Positions 48,740 to 58,991 of a DNA stretch of 64,000 bases are shown piece by piece. Both the position numbers and the translations under genes were made by a program. The notes beneath the pieces were generated by a model that was not told where the DNA came from, did no database searches, and saw only the letters and a program-made list of their open reading frames with translations. Position 1 is the first letter of the stretch, and every line of letters begins with the position of its first letter. The DNA comes from an uncultured Lachnospiraceae bacterium (GTDB lineage: Bacteria; Bacillota; Clostridia; Lachnospirales; Lachnospiraceae), in NCBI GenBank assembly GCA_949051815.1, contig CARQVR010000006.1:30858-94857 (forward strand). The letters run 5' to 3'.

Positions 48740-49516
48740 TTAATATTTAGTCAGAAACTGTCTCGTCCGCTCCTCCTTCGGATGGTCGATCACCTGTCTT
48801 GCGTCACCCTGCTCCACGATCACGCCCTCGTCCATAAAAATGATCTGATCCGCCACATCTCTGGCAAAGCTCATTTCATGGGTTACGATAATCATGGTCG
48901 TATGCTTCTCGGCAAGCCCTCTGATCACCTTTAGCACCTCCCCCGTCAGCTCCGGGTCAAGGGCCGATGTCGGCTCATCAAAACAGAGGATATCCGGCTG
49001 TAATGCCAGCGCTCTGGCGATGGCAACCCGCTGCTGCTGCCCGCCGGAAAGCTGGTGGGGATAGTGATCCATGCGCTCCGCAAGTCCCATCTGCTCTAAA
49101 AGCGACTTCCCGTGCGCCTCAATCTCCTCCAGAATTTCCTTTCTCTTCTGTTTGAAATCCGGCCGCTCCTTTGAAAGAAGCGTCTCCGCCAGCGTCACAT
49201 TTTCCAGCGCCGTATACTGCGGGAACAGATGAAACGCCTGAAACACCATGCCGAAATGCAGCCTCTTGGTGCGCAGATCCTTCTCCTGCCCTTTTACGGG
49301 ATGATCCGCGTCAAACAAAGTTTCCCCCCGCACCGCGATGGAACCGTGATCCGGCGTTTCCAGAAAATTCAGACAGCGCAAAAGCGTTGTCTTGCCGGAG
49401 CCGGAAGAGCCGATGATCGCCAGCGCGCTCCCCTCCTCCAGATCAAAGCTCACGTCATCGAGCACTCTGGTGGAGCCGAAATGTTTTCCGATATTTTTCA
49501 CCTCTAAGACAGCCAT
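48740..49516 (-). CDS. Polar amino-acid ABC ATP-binding protein
   Basis: [35 protein letters not shown]. Confidence 0.93.
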   Translation of the reverse strand: MAVLEVKNIGKHFGSTRVLDDVSFDLEEGSALAIIGSSGSGKTTLLRCLNFLETPDHGSIAVRGETLFDADHPVKGQEKDLRTKRLHFGMVFQAFHLFPQYTALENVTLAETLLSKERPDFKQKRKEILEEIEAHGKSLLEQMGLAERMDHYPHQLSGGQQQRVAIARALALQPDILCFDEPTSALDPELTGEVLKVIRGLAEKHTTMIIVTHEMSFARDVADQIIFMDEGVIVEQGDARQVIDHPKEERTRQFLTKY

Positions 49517-49605
49517 TTTTACCTCCATGCCACAGCGTTTTGCGAAATATCCCTAAACCCAATCTCCCATTCAGTTCTGCGGTTTCGCACTTTTGACGAA
49601 ACATT

Positions 49606-50262
49606 TTACCGGAAATAGTCCAGCCTCCGCTCGATATAATTAAACAAAAGTGTCAGAATGCCCACAAACAAAAGATAGAACACACCCGTGTAGAAAAGCG
49701 GCCATGTCAGCCCGTTGCTCTTCATAAAAGAATAGCCCGCGAACGTAAGCTCATACGCCGCGATAATGCGCGCCAGGGACGTGTCTTTCACCAGCGTGAT
49801 AATCTCGTTTGACATGGGCGGCACCACCCGCTTCACCATCTGCAACAGGGTGACTTTAAAAAAGATCTGCCATTTCGTCATGCCAAGCACCTCGCCCGCC
49901 TCCCGCTGACCCACGGGAACGCCCTCGATACCGCCCCTGAAAATCACGGAAAAATAGCAGGCATAGTTGATACTGAACGCCACCACCGTGGCGGTGATGC
50001 GCCCGGCTTCGCTGCCGCTCCAGATATTGTGGTGAAGCCAAAGCCCCGGTCCGTAAAAAATGATAATCAGTTGCAGCATCAGCGGCGTGCCGCGTATGAT
50101 CCACACAATCGTCTGGATCAGCCCCCGCAGGGCTTTCCATCTGCTCATCGCCCCGAAAGCAAGAATCAGCCCGAGCGGCAGGGAAAAAAGCAAAGTGAAA
50201 ATGAAAATCTGAAAGGTCGTCAAAAGACCGTCCAACAGCGACCTCGTCACACTAAAAAACAT
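49606..50262 (-). CDS. Polar amino-acid ABC permease
   Basis: RGTPLMLQL, GQREAG..LG, LVKDTSL. Confidence 0.92.
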   Translation of the reverse strand: MFFSVTRSLLDGLLTTFQIFIFTLLFSLPLGLILAFGAMSRWKALRGLIQTIVWIIRGTPLMLQLIIIFYGPGLWLHHNIWSGSEAGRITATVVAFSINYACYFSVIFRGGIEGVPVGQREAGEVLGMTKWQIFFKVTLLQMVKRVVPPMSNEIITLVKDTSLARIIAAYELTFAGYSFMKSNGLTWPLFYTGVFYLLFVGILTLLFNYIERRLDYFR

Positions 50263-50296
50263 GTCCTGTTCTCCTAAAATCTAATGTCTTTTCCCG

Positions 50297-51097
50297 TTAT
50301 TTACCGGGTACCACAACTACCTGCGCATTGTTGCAGTATGCATTGGTACACTCCATGGCATTTTTGACTTCATCAGTCAGTGTCATGCCGTTCCACACCA
50401 CGTCGATGTTTTTGGATTCCAGCTCCATAATCTTGTTATCCCAGTCAATCACCACAAACTGCGCTTCCACGCCAAGCTGTTCCGCAACCATGCGCGCCAT
50501 ATCCGCATCGAAGCCGATCCACTCGCCGGAATCGTCCTTATAATCCATCGGCTCAAACTCCGTAATGCCCACGATCAGCGTACCCTTTCCCTGAATATAG
50601 GCCACATCGCTGTCGGAAGCCGACGCCGCAAACTCACAAGCCTTCTGCTCCACAAGCGCCTCCTGCACACCGTAAGCCGTAGCCGTCCCCTGCATGGAAC
50701 CGTCCGCATAGCTTAGCGCAAACACACTGTTGATATAAGAAGCCAGATCGGAACCTTTCCGGCATCCTACCCCGTACTCCTCCGTCGTCAGTTCATCCGT
50801 ATGTACCAGATCCGGATAGCTGGTTCCCTCCCCGATCATGGCGCCGGCCATCAAAAGGTCGATGATCGCCGCGTCCGAAGTGCCGGAAGCCACTTCCATC
50901 AGGGCATCCGCCTGAGACGCCACCGCGTTGGTCTGAAATCCCTTCTCTTTCGCAACCGCTTCCCCGGCGGAACCCGCCTCCACGGCATACACCTGATTTC
51001 CCACGCCCGCCGCCGTCTCCTTCGCGCCGCCGCAGCCGGAAAGGGTTCCGCAGACAGCCATCGCCGCAACCAGTATCATTACCAGTTTCTTTTTCAT
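50297..51097 (-). CDS. Family-3 solute-binding lipoprotein, circularly permuted
   Basis: Lipobox LSGC. The two canonical halves occur in swapped order (see findings). Confidence 0.85.
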   Translation of the reverse strand: MKKKLVMILVAAMAVCGTLSGCGGAKETAAGVGNQVYAVEAGSAGEAVAKEKGFQTNAVASQADALMEVASGTSDAAIIDLLMAGAMIGEGTSYPDLVHTDELTTEEYGVGCRKGSDLASYINSVFALSYADGSMQGTATAYGVQEALVEQKACEFAASASDSDVAYIQGKGTLIVGITEFEPMDYKDDSGEWIGFDADMARMVAEQLGVEAQFVVIDWDNKIMELESKNIDVVWNGMTLTDEVKNAMECTNAYCNNAQVVVVPGK

Positions 51098-51324
51098 AAT
51101 GTTCCTCCTCTTTTCAAACTTATTTTTTCTGTATTGTTTCATAACTCACACACTTTTGTATTTTATCATAGCAGTACACTAAAGTAAATGTGTAAAATGA
51201 AAGAAGCTATTGTCTGGCAAAATATGCCTTTTCTCCATCCCAACGCCCATGCCGTCCAGAAACCAAGAGAGCACCCTCTGCAGGTACTCCCTCGTATATG
51301 CCGCCTTACCTCTCTCCGGCACGT

Positions 51325-52551
51325 TTAATATTTGATTTCTTTCCCCTCTAACCGCCACTGTCTGAACTCCGCCGAAGCCGACAACAGCAGATCGGAAGAG
51401 GAGTTGAGCGCTGTCTCCACGGAGTCCTGAATCACACCGATGATAAAGCCTACCGCCACCACCTGCATGGACACGGAATCCGGAATGCCAAAAAGCGAGC
51501 ACGCAAGCGGTATCAGCAAGAGAGAACCGCCCGCCACACCGGATGCGCCGCAGGCCGAAAGCGCCGCCAGAAGGCTTAAAACAATCGCAGTCGGAATATC
51601 CACGTTAATGCCGAGCGTATACGCGGTCGCCATCGTCATGACCGTAATGGTAATCGCCGCGCCGTCCATATTGATGGTTGCACCGAGTGGAATCGTCACC
51701 GAGTAAGTGTCCTTATCCAGTCCCATCTCCTCACAGATTTCCATATTGACGGGAATATTCGCCGCCGAACTTCTCGTAAAGAATGCCGTAATCGCGCTCT
51801 GTTTCAGGCACTTGAAGATGAGCGGATAGGGATTCTTGCGGATGCACCAGTATACCAGAATCGGGTTCGTCACAAAGTAGATAAAGAGCATACAGCCCAC
51901 CAGCAGGATCAGCAGCTTTCCGTAATCCCTGAACGCTTCCAGACCGTTCGCCGTCACACTGGTATAAACCAGTCCCAGCACACCGAAAGGCGCGAAATTA
52001 ATGATAACCACAACCACTCTGGAAATAGCCCCCGAAATATCACCGAGCGTTTTCTTAGTCGTTTCTCCCGCACTCCGGAAGGCTACACCCAGAAGCACCG
52101 CCCACGATAAAATACCGACATAATTGGCGTTCATCAGAGAATCCACCGGATTTTTCACCACGTTCATAAGGAGCGTGCTTAACACCTCAACGATACCGCC
52201 CGGTGCGGCCGAAGCATCCGAAGCCGCATCCACAAGCACCATTTCCACGGGAAATACCATGCTGGCAAAAACGGCGATCACCGCCGCCAGCACCGTGCTG
52301 AACATATACAGAATGATAACCGTCCTGATCACCCCGCCATGGGATTTGCCCGCATTACAGAGCGCGCTTATCACCAGAAAGAACACCAGAAGCGGCGCAA
52401 TCCCCTTGAGCGCACCCACGAACACATCGCCAAATACGCCGATGCCTGACGCTCCGGGTGCCACCAACGCCAGAATCACACCAATTACCAGCCCCACTAC
52501 AATCCTTTTGACAAGACTTATGCCTGTCCACTTCTCCCACACATTTTTCAT
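51325..52551 (-). CDS. sstT: Serine/threonine:Na+ symporter
   Basis: AFFTRSSAANIPVN, IPLGATINMDG, ACGASGVAGGSLLLIPLACSLFGI, QDSVETALNSSSD. Confidence 0.95.
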   Translation of the reverse strand: MKNVWEKWTGISLVKRIVVGLVIGVILALVAPGASGIGVFGDVFVGALKGIAPLLVFFLVISALCNAGKSHGGVIRTVIILYMFSTVLAAVIAVFASMVFPVEMVLVDAASDASAAPGGIVEVLSTLLMNVVKNPVDSLMNANYVGILSWAVLLGVAFRSAGETTKKTLGDISGAISRVVVVIINFAPFGVLGLVYTSVTANGLEAFRDYGKLLILLVGCMLFIYFVTNPILVYWCIRKNPYPLIFKCLKQSAITAFFTRSSAANIPVNMEICEEMGLDKDTYSVTIPLGATINMDGAAITITVMTMATAYTLGINVDIPTAIVLSLLAALSACGASGVAGGSLLLIPLACSLFGIPDSVSMQVVAVGFIIGVIQDSVETALNSSSDLLLSASAEFRQWRLEGKEIKY

Positions 52552-52624
52552 GCTTTCCTCATTTCTGTAAAACCTTATTATCAGTTACTTTACAATACTA
52601 CTACGGAAAAGCAGCATGCGTCAA

Positions 52625-52656
52625 GATGGGGCGGCGCAAATCTGCACCGCCCCATC
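52625..52656 (-). terminator. Stem-loop after the amino-acid binding protein gene
   Basis: GATGGGGCGG...CCGCCCCATC 10-bp IR. Confidence 0.6.
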
Positions 52657-52673
52657 GTCTGCATCCCTGTGTA

Positions 52674-53447
52674 TTATTCAGCCGTCGCTTCCTCCGTGTA
52701 CTTCACGGCCAGCTCATTAATCGTGCCGTCCGCCAGCATCTTGTCAATGGCCTTATTGATCTTGTCAAGCAGTTCCGTGTTGCCCTTCTGTACGGCAATC
52801 GCGTACTCCTCGGACTCAAATGCGCCCGCATCTTCCACGATCTTTAATCCCTCGTTGTCGCCCACATACTTCTGCGCCGTCGCGGAATCAATGACTACCA
52901 CGTCGCACTTACCGTTCACCAGCTCCATAACGGCCTCTGTGCCTTTCTTAAACGCCTCATAAGTGTAGCCCATATCCTGCACACAGATTTCACCGGTATA
53001 ACCCTGCACCACGCAGATCTTTTTGTCCGCCATGTCAGTCGCCGCCGCAATATCGGAGTCCTCTTTCACAATCATTACCTGCGTCGCCGTATAGTAGGTC
53101 GTAGAGAAATCTACGGTTTCCCTTCTCTCGTCCGTCGCCGTCATGCCCGCGATAACCGCGTCGATCTGGCCGTTTTGCAGCGCAACCAGAAGAGAGTCAA
53201 ACTCCATATTCTCCACTGCTGCCGTCATGCCGCTCTCCTCGGCGATCTGCTTTGCAATCGCCATATCAATGCCGTCATACTCACCGATCACACCGTTTGA
53301 GGTGACGTACTCAAAAGGCGGGAACTCCGCATTCGTACCGAAGGTGATGGTGTCTCCCTTCCCCGCGCCGCCACCGCAGGCCGTCAGCGTGCATGCCGCC
53401 ATAATCATGGCAAGCGCCATTGTCAGTAACTTTGTTGTCTTTTTCAT
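52674..53447 (-). CDS. Polar (basic) amino-acid ABC substrate-binding lipoprotein
   Basis: Lipobox LTAC, GTNAEFPPFEY, GMTATDERR, EEYAIAV. Confidence 0.92.
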   Translation of the reverse strand: MKKTTKLLTMALAMIMAACTLTACGGGAGKGDTITFGTNAEFPPFEYVTSNGVIGEYDGIDMAIAKQIAEESGMTAAVENMEFDSLLVALQNGQIDAVIAGMTATDERRETVDFSTTYYTATQVMIVKEDSDIAAATDMADKKICVVQGYTGEICVQDMGYTYEAFKKGTEAVMELVNGKCDVVVIDSATAQKYVGDNEGLKIVEDAGAFESEEYAIAVQKGNTELLDKINKAIDKMLADGTINELAVKYTEEATAE

Positions 53448-53572
53448 AATGTTATCCTCCTCTGCATTTCCTTGTTTCCTATATCACCACGCAGGCGATA
53501 CGCCCGCACAGGTCACATATCCTTGCCGCCATATCTCCGGCATTCCGCCGCCAGTCACAGGCACTGCCGCAG

Positions 53573-54295
53573 CTACAGCACTTTGCTCAGGAAATTCTTC
53601 GTCCGCTCGTTCTGCGGATTCCCAAAAATCTCCTCCGGTGTGCCGCTCTCCATCACCACGCCCTGATCTATGAAAAGAACGCGCGACGCCACCTCTCTCG
53701 CAAATCCCATCTCGTGGGTAACGATCACCATCGTCATGCCCGATCTGGCCAGATCTTTCATTACATCCAGCACCTCGCCCACCATCTCCGGATCAAGAGC
53801 CGACGTTGGCTCGTCGAAAAGCATGATTTCCGGATCCATGGCAAGCGCTCTCGCTATCGCCACCCGCTGTTTTTGGCCGCCGGAGAGCTGCGCCGGATAG
53901 GCATTCGCTTTCTCGCCCAGATTCACCCGCTCCAAAAGCTCCTGTCCCCGCTTTAGCGCCGCTTCCTTCGTCATCTTCTTAAGGAGTACGGGGGCAAGCG
54001 TAATGTTCTCCATAATGGTCAGGTGGGGAAACAGGTTAAACTGCTGGAACACCATGCCCATCTTCTGCCGCACCCGGTTCACATTCACCTTCGGATCCGT
54101 AATCAGCTCGTCGTCCACATAGATTTCCCCCTCCGTGACCGTCTCGAGCAGATTGAGACACCGCAGAAAAGTGCTCTTGCCGGAACCGGAAGGCCCGATC
54201 ACCACAACCACCTCTCCCTGTCTGATGTGCTCGTCGATCCCGCTCAACACTTCCAGATCTGTAAATTTTTTATGTAAGTTGTTCACTCTTATCAT
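53573..54295 (-). CDS. Polar amino-acid ABC ATP-binding protein (GlnQ-like)
   Basis: [36 protein letters not shown]. Confidence 0.93.
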   Translation of the reverse strand: MIRVNNLHKKFTDLEVLSGIDEHIRQGEVVVVIGPSGSGKSTFLRCLNLLETVTEGEIYVDDELITDPKVNVNRVRQKMGMVFQQFNLFPHLTIMENITLAPVLLKKMTKEAALKRGQELLERVNLGEKANAYPAQLSGGQKQRVAIARALAMDPEIMLFDEPTSALDPEMVGEVLDVMKDLARSGMTMVIVTHEMGFAREVASRVLFIDQGVVMESGTPEEIFGNPQNERTKNFLSKVL

Positions 54296-54350
54296 ATCCC
54301 GGTTCTCCTGTGTGAGCCTTAGAAATCCTTTAGAAGTTCTTTTCACACTA

Positions 54351-55040
54351 TTATCTGGCGTCCGCCTTTCGCAGCCGTATCTCCACACGCCGGAGTGCCA
54401 GTGTCAGTATCTTAATCAGCACATAATAGATTACCGCAGTACCGATTAACGGCATAAACGCAATAAAGGTCGCGCTCTTAATGAAGTCCCCCGCCTTCTG
54501 TATATCCATCAGTCCCACATAGCCGACGATGGCTGTTTCCTTAATCAGCACGATAAACTCATTGCACAGCGCGGGAAAAATATTTTTAACCGCCTGCGGC
54601 ACCACAATCCGGCTCATGGTCTGGAATGCGGAAAGCCCGAGAGACCTGCCCGCCTCCGTCTGTCCCTTATCAATAGACAGAATACCCGCCCGGACGATCT
54701 CCGACACATACGCGCCGGAATTGACGCCAAAAGCAATCGCGGCTATAATCCACTTATCCAAAGGCACCGTGGCGAAGATGACAAAATAGATAATCATAAG
54801 CTGGGTCACGGAAGGCGTCCCCCTGATCACATCCGTATAAATACCGCCGATAAACCGGAGCAGTTTCTTTTTAGACAGATTGCACATGGCAATCACCATG
54901 CCTATCAGAATGCCTATGACTATGGCCAGAAGCGATACCCTGATCGTCACGCCGATACCGCTCAAAAGAAGCTTGTATCGGTCTTCCCTGATAAAACATT
55001 TATAAAACAGATCACTGAAATCAGCCGCCCACTCTGCCAT
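54351..55040 (-). CDS. Polar amino-acid ABC permease
   Basis: [29 protein letters not shown]. Confidence 0.92.
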   Translation of the reverse strand: MAEWAADFSDLFYKCFIREDRYKLLLSGIGVTIRVSLLAIVIGILIGMVIAMCNLSKKKLLRFIGGIYTDVIRGTPSVTQLMIIYFVIFATVPLDKWIIAAIAFGVNSGAYVSEIVRAGILSIDKGQTEAGRSLGLSAFQTMSRIVVPQAVKNIFPALCNEFIVLIKETAIVGYVGLMDIQKAGDFIKSATFIAFMPLIGTAVIYYVLIKILTLALRRVEIRLRKADAR

Positions 55041-55109
55041 CCGTTCTTCATCCTTTCCGGTTCCTGTATCTGTGCCCGCTCTATCATACCACAACCTTTT
55101 CCGGAAGAA

Positions 55110-55144
55110 AAGCAGAAAAATGCATATTATGCACTTTTCTGCTT
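55110..55144 (-). terminator. Probable terminator of the hybrid kinase gene
   Basis: AAGCAGAAAA.TGCAT-ATT-ATGCA.TTTTCTGCTT IR with T-rich tail on the minus strand. Confidence 0.5.
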
Positions 55145-55208
55145 ATATTTAAGCGTTCAGGTAACTATTCAGCCTTCGGCTTCATTGTTACTGAATCCGG
55201 GCTGTCTG

Positions 55209-57920
55209 TTACCTGTCCAGTTCCTTCTTCCACTCTGCGATGATTTCCTCGCACCGTTCCGTGTCGATATCCTCCACCGCATTTTTCAGTTTTTCAAAAA
55301 TGCTGCGCTGCGCATCGCCGTAAGAATACTGGCTCATATCCCTGACTGCCTGCTCCATGGCATCCATATCCAGATTTTCCATGGCTTCCTCCATCTGGGC
55401 AAACAGCGCGGCCATCTCTTCCGTCTCCGCCGCTCTTCCGCTCTGCGCCTCCTCTTCCTTTATAAAGTAGGGCGCCAGAATGCCTTTATAGAACATATAC
55501 TCTTCCAGCATACCCGGCGTAATTTTGTGGATCAGCGCCGCATTTCCGGCATTCCCGGCCGCTTCCATCTGCTCTGCAGTGTATGCCAGATCCAAAGCGC
55601 CGATCTGTCTGGACGCGCTCTTTAGCGCGTGCACCTCCACTGTATACTCTTTCCACTGTTCCTTCTTCTCATATTCCTGTATCAGCGCACATTTTTTATC
55701 TATCACACGATAATACTCTTTCAACACAGACCAGAACAGCTCTTCGTTTCCAAGGAACCCCATCGCGCTCTGCACATCCAGTCCCTCAATGGCGATATCC
55801 GTGGTCGTCTGTTTTGCCCCTTCGCTCCGCTGGACATTGCGGGCCGGTGCGTTATTCTTATTTTTCCTCTCAATCTTTTCCGCCGGCAGCCATTTACGAA
55901 GCTTGGCGATAATATCTCTCATCTCAATCGGCTTCGTCACATAATCGTCCATACCCTCCCGTATGAACATTTCCCCCGTTCCTCCCACCGCGTTTGCCGT
56001 GAGGGCGACTATCGGCACCTGTCCGTTTTCTCCCAGAAGACGGCGGATTACTCTGGTGGTCTCCACACCGTCCATCTCCGGCATCATATGATCCATAAAA
56101 ATGATGTCATAGCGTTTATCCGTAACCATCAGGACGGCTTCCTTACCGCTCAGTGCCGAATCTATTTTCATTTGCAGGGGATTCAGCAGTCCCTTCACCA
56201 CCGTCAGGTTGATGGTATTGTCATCTACAACCAGAATTTCCGCACTGGGAGCTACAAAATCAAAATCCTCCGCCTCCGTCAGGGAAAATGCCGCATTGTC
56301 TTCCTTTCCATCCAGTATATTGGCAAGCCCCATGACATAGAGCGGCTTTTTGACGATCTGCAGATTCGTCTGGTCATAGGAGCCGATTGAATGGTAATTT
56401 GCCAAAAGCACCACTTTGATTTCCGGGTGCAGCCGCAGAAAATGCTGCACGCCCTCCGTAAACAGCGGCTGCTCCACGAACAGACACTCTATGCCTTTCT
56501 CCTTCAACCGCACAAGCTCATCCTCCGAGGCAAGCCCTTCGTAAGCAACATCCAGCTTTTTCATGTCTATCGCCAGCTCCTGCGCCGCGTAGATATTCTG
56601 TATCAGTCCTGCTGCCGCCTTCCTCTTCTGCTGCTTTTCCACAGACGGCTTATCGTTCGTTATCTTCTGCGGAATCACAAAAGTAAAGACAGATCCCTTT
56701 CCGACTTCGCTGTCCACATGGATAATTCCACCCATCAGGGACACAAGCTGTTTACAGATCGCAAGACCCAGGCCGGTTCCCTCCACATTCCGGTTCCGCT
56801 TGCTGTCCAACTGCTGGAAAGACTGGAAAAGCTTCGGCATATCGCTCTCTTTGATCCCGCTTCCCGTGTCAGTGACCGACACATAAAGCTCTATCATGTT
56901 TTCCTCTGTACGCAGATAATCCACCAGTATATGTACATTTCCCTCTTTGGTAAACTTGACGGCATTGTTGGCCAGATTCAGCATAATCTGCTTAATCCGT
57001 ACATTGTCACCGTAAAGTCCCGTCGGCAGATCCGGGTTAACGTCCAGTGTCAGTTCCAGCGATTTGCTTCCTATACGGGTCATAATAATGTTGGAAACAT
57101 CGTTGATCAGGGCCATCGGATCATATTCCACATTACAGATATCCATCTTGCCGGACTCAATCTTGGAAAAGTCGAGGATATCATTGATAATCGTAAGCAG
57201 CGTCTGTCCCGAAGACTTAATCTGCCCGATATATTCCCTCGCCGCGGGCGTCAGTTCTTCCCTGAGCGCCATCTCCGCCATGCCGATCACCGCATTCATG
57301 GGCGTGCGGATTTCATGACTCATATTCGCCAGAAAATCTGATTTCATATTGGAGTTTTTGCGCAGCTCCATGTTTTTTAAGCTGACCTGATACCTGCTGT
57401 AGGCAATGTCCGACAAGACGTTGGCAATTGTATAGATGGAATTTGATACTTTTTCTATCGTATCTTCATCCACAATCCGCACATTCCACGCGGCGTTCAT
57501 AAGTTCCTCCGGGTCTACCCCGATCTCCATTGCCACCTTCCGCTTTTTCTCTTCATCGGGCGGTACGGGCAGCATCTGCCCGCCGATGAAACACCCGGCC
57601 ATACGGCCCTGTGCCATGATTGGAGCCGCAAATTCCACCAGCCCCGCATGACAGAAATAAGCGCAGGCAGAGCCGGACTTCGCCGCTTTCGCCGCGCCTA
57701 TCTGGTCGCACTCCTCACACCGTTTCCGGCCTTCTTCCGTGCTTCTGACGTATTTTTGACAAAAATCCGTAAACCCGGAAGGTTTTGTCTGTATCATGCC
57801 ATGGGCATCTGTAATGAAGGATGCAATGCCCGTCATTTCCGAGAAAGCATCCTGTATTTTCTGCAAAGATTCCACATCTATCAAATCTGTCAGTCTGATT
57901 TCGCCTTCCCTGATCGCCAT
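55209..57920 (-). CDS. Cytoplasmic hybrid histidine kinase: PocR sensor-HisKA-HATPase-(degenerate REC)-REC-HPt
   Basis: PocR (FTDFC...RC..CD...CHAGL...IGGQ), MSHEIRTP, NAVKFT, GTGLGL, FMDHMMP, VHALKSAS. Confidence 0.9.
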   Translation of the reverse strand: MAIREGEIRLTDLIDVESLQKIQDAFSEMTGIASFITDAHGMIQTKPSGFTDFCQKYVRSTEEGRKRCEECDQIGAAKAAKSGSACAYFCHAGLVEFAAPIMAQGRMAGCFIGGQMLPVPPDEEKKRKVAMEIGVDPEELMNAAWNVRIVDEDTIEKVSNSIYTIANVLSDIAYSRYQVSLKNMELRKNSNMKSDFLANMSHEIRTPMNAVIGMAEMALREELTPAAREYIGQIKSSGQTLLTIINDILDFSKIESGKMDICNVEYDPMALINDVSNIIMTRIGSKSLELTLDVNPDLPTGLYGDNVRIKQIMLNLANNAVKFTKEGNVHILVDYLRTEENMIELYVSVTDTGSGIKESDMPKLFQSFQQLDSKRNRNVEGTGLGLAICKQLVSLMGGIIHVDSEVGKGSVFTFVIPQKITNDKPSVEKQQKRKAAAGLIQNIYAAQELAIDMKKLDVAYEGLASEDELVRLKEKGIECLFVEQPLFTEGVQHFLRLHPEIKVVLLANYHSIGSYDQTNLQIVKKPLYVMGLANILDGKEDNAAFSLTEAEDFDFVAPSAEILVVDDNTINLTVVKGLLNPLQMKIDSALSGKEAVLMVTDKRYDIIFMDHMMPEMDGVETTRVIRRLLGENGQVPIVALTANAVGGTGEMFIREGMDDYVTKPIEMRDIIAKLRKWLPAEKIERKNKNNAPARNVQRSEGAKQTTTDIAIEGLDVQSAMGFLGNEELFWSVLKEYYRVIDKKCALIQEYEKKEQWKEYTVEVHALKSASRQIGALDLAYTAEQMEAAGNAGNAALIHKITPGMLEEYMFYKGILAPYFIKEEEAQSGRAAETEEMAALFAQMEEAMENLDMDAMEQAVRDMSQYSYGDAQRSIFEKLKNAVEDIDTERCEEIIAEWKKELDR

Positions 57921-57947
57921 TTTTACTCCATTTCTTTGCTGCTTTTC

Positions 57948-58826
57948 TTATCCAAGAACGCCCTTAATCGTGGAGGACAGTTTTTCCATGTCAATCGGCT
58001 TGGAGAGATATCCCTGCGGTTTCATCGCAAGAACCTCCATAACCTTCTTTCTGTCAGTCACACCTGTAAGAAATACGACCGGCAGATTGTTTGTGGCCGG
58101 ATTCTCCCGGATTTTTGCAAGTACCGCGGCCCCGTTCTCCACCGGCATCTCATAGTCCAGAAGCACCAGATCCGTTGTTTTCGTCTCCAGAAATTTCAAG
58201 GCTATTTTGCCATTGATCGCAGTTGCCACATCATAACGCTCCACCAGATAACCTTTCAGCAGTTTCAGCACACTGCTGTCGTCATCCACCACAAGAATAT
58301 GTTTTTTCCTTGCGGACTCTTCCTTCATCTTCTTTTCTTTTTCTTCTTCCTTCGCAAGCTGGGCCAGCAGCTCCTCCGCAACCCGCATAACATCTTCCGT
58401 TTTGAGCGTGCCCTCCGTCACTGTCACGGACCGTCTTCCCAGCGTGGGCTGAGGCCGTTTTTCCTTCAACAGTCTGGTTACCTCCTCCTCCAGCTTCTGG
58501 GACGAGATCGGCCTGCGGAAAATGCTGACATCCATCATAGGCGCAACACGCTCAAACTGGTCGCACTCATCGGCATCTCCCACAATCACAATCGGAATGC
58601 CTTCCATGGATATTTTCCGCTCCACATTTACAAATCTCTTAAGGTCATCCGGGTGTTCTCCATACAGACAGTAAACAAGCGCATCCGGGTGTATGTACTT
58701 TACATGGTTGATGATATCATCGTACCGGTCCGAAGTGCTGAAACACTCAAAACTGAAATCCATATAAGTGAAAAACTCATTGATCACCATCTTGTTGTTT
58801 CCTGTCAGCAGCACCTTATACTTCAT
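57948..58826 (-). CDS. Response regulator (degenerate N-terminal REC plus C-terminal REC)
   Basis: C-terminal ILVVDDD...LLDYEMP...FLTG...SKP. Start moved to MKYKV after GGAGGGG. Confidence 0.85.
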   Translation of the reverse strand: MKYKVLLTGNNKMVINEFFTYMDFSFECFSTSDRYDDIINHVKYIHPDALVYCLYGEHPDDLKRFVNVERKISMEGIPIVIVGDADECDQFERVAPMMDVSIFRRPISSQKLEEEVTRLLKEKRPQPTLGRRSVTVTEGTLKTEDVMRVAEELLAQLAKEEEKEKKMKEESARKKHILVVDDDSSVLKLLKGYLVERYDVATAINGKIALKFLETKTTDLVLLDYEMPVENGAAVLAKIRENPATNNLPVVFLTGVTDRKKVMEVLAMKPQGYLSKPIDMEKLSSTIKGVLG

Positions 58827-58991
58827 ACTCTTTATTCCCCCTCCGTACTTTATAAAACCTCTCATAGATAGATCATAGCAAAACTTTTTCTTTCTTGCAC
58901 TATTAATTTTGAAGAAAGTTTTTTGCCTGTTGAGACACGGCATCGGATATGGTAACATATTCCTATCAATTACCAGGGAGATGATTGTATT

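Noticed and set aside
51098..51324. T-box or amino-acid riboswitch ahead of the amino-acid ABC operon
   Set aside because: No T-box sequence (AAnnnGGGTGGnACC) or terminator architecture is visible.
55120..55133. ARG box (TGCAT-ATT-ATGCA) upstream of the amino-acid permease
   Set aside because: The spacer is 3 nt rather than 4, and the motif is the apex of a longer hairpin better explained as a terminator.
55156..55195. Small nested hairpin TTCAG-GTAAC...AGCC-TTC-GGCT...GTTAC-TGAA, possibly another REP-like remnant
   Set aside because: Single short copy in the window, which cannot be distinguished from chance or terminator-associated structure.
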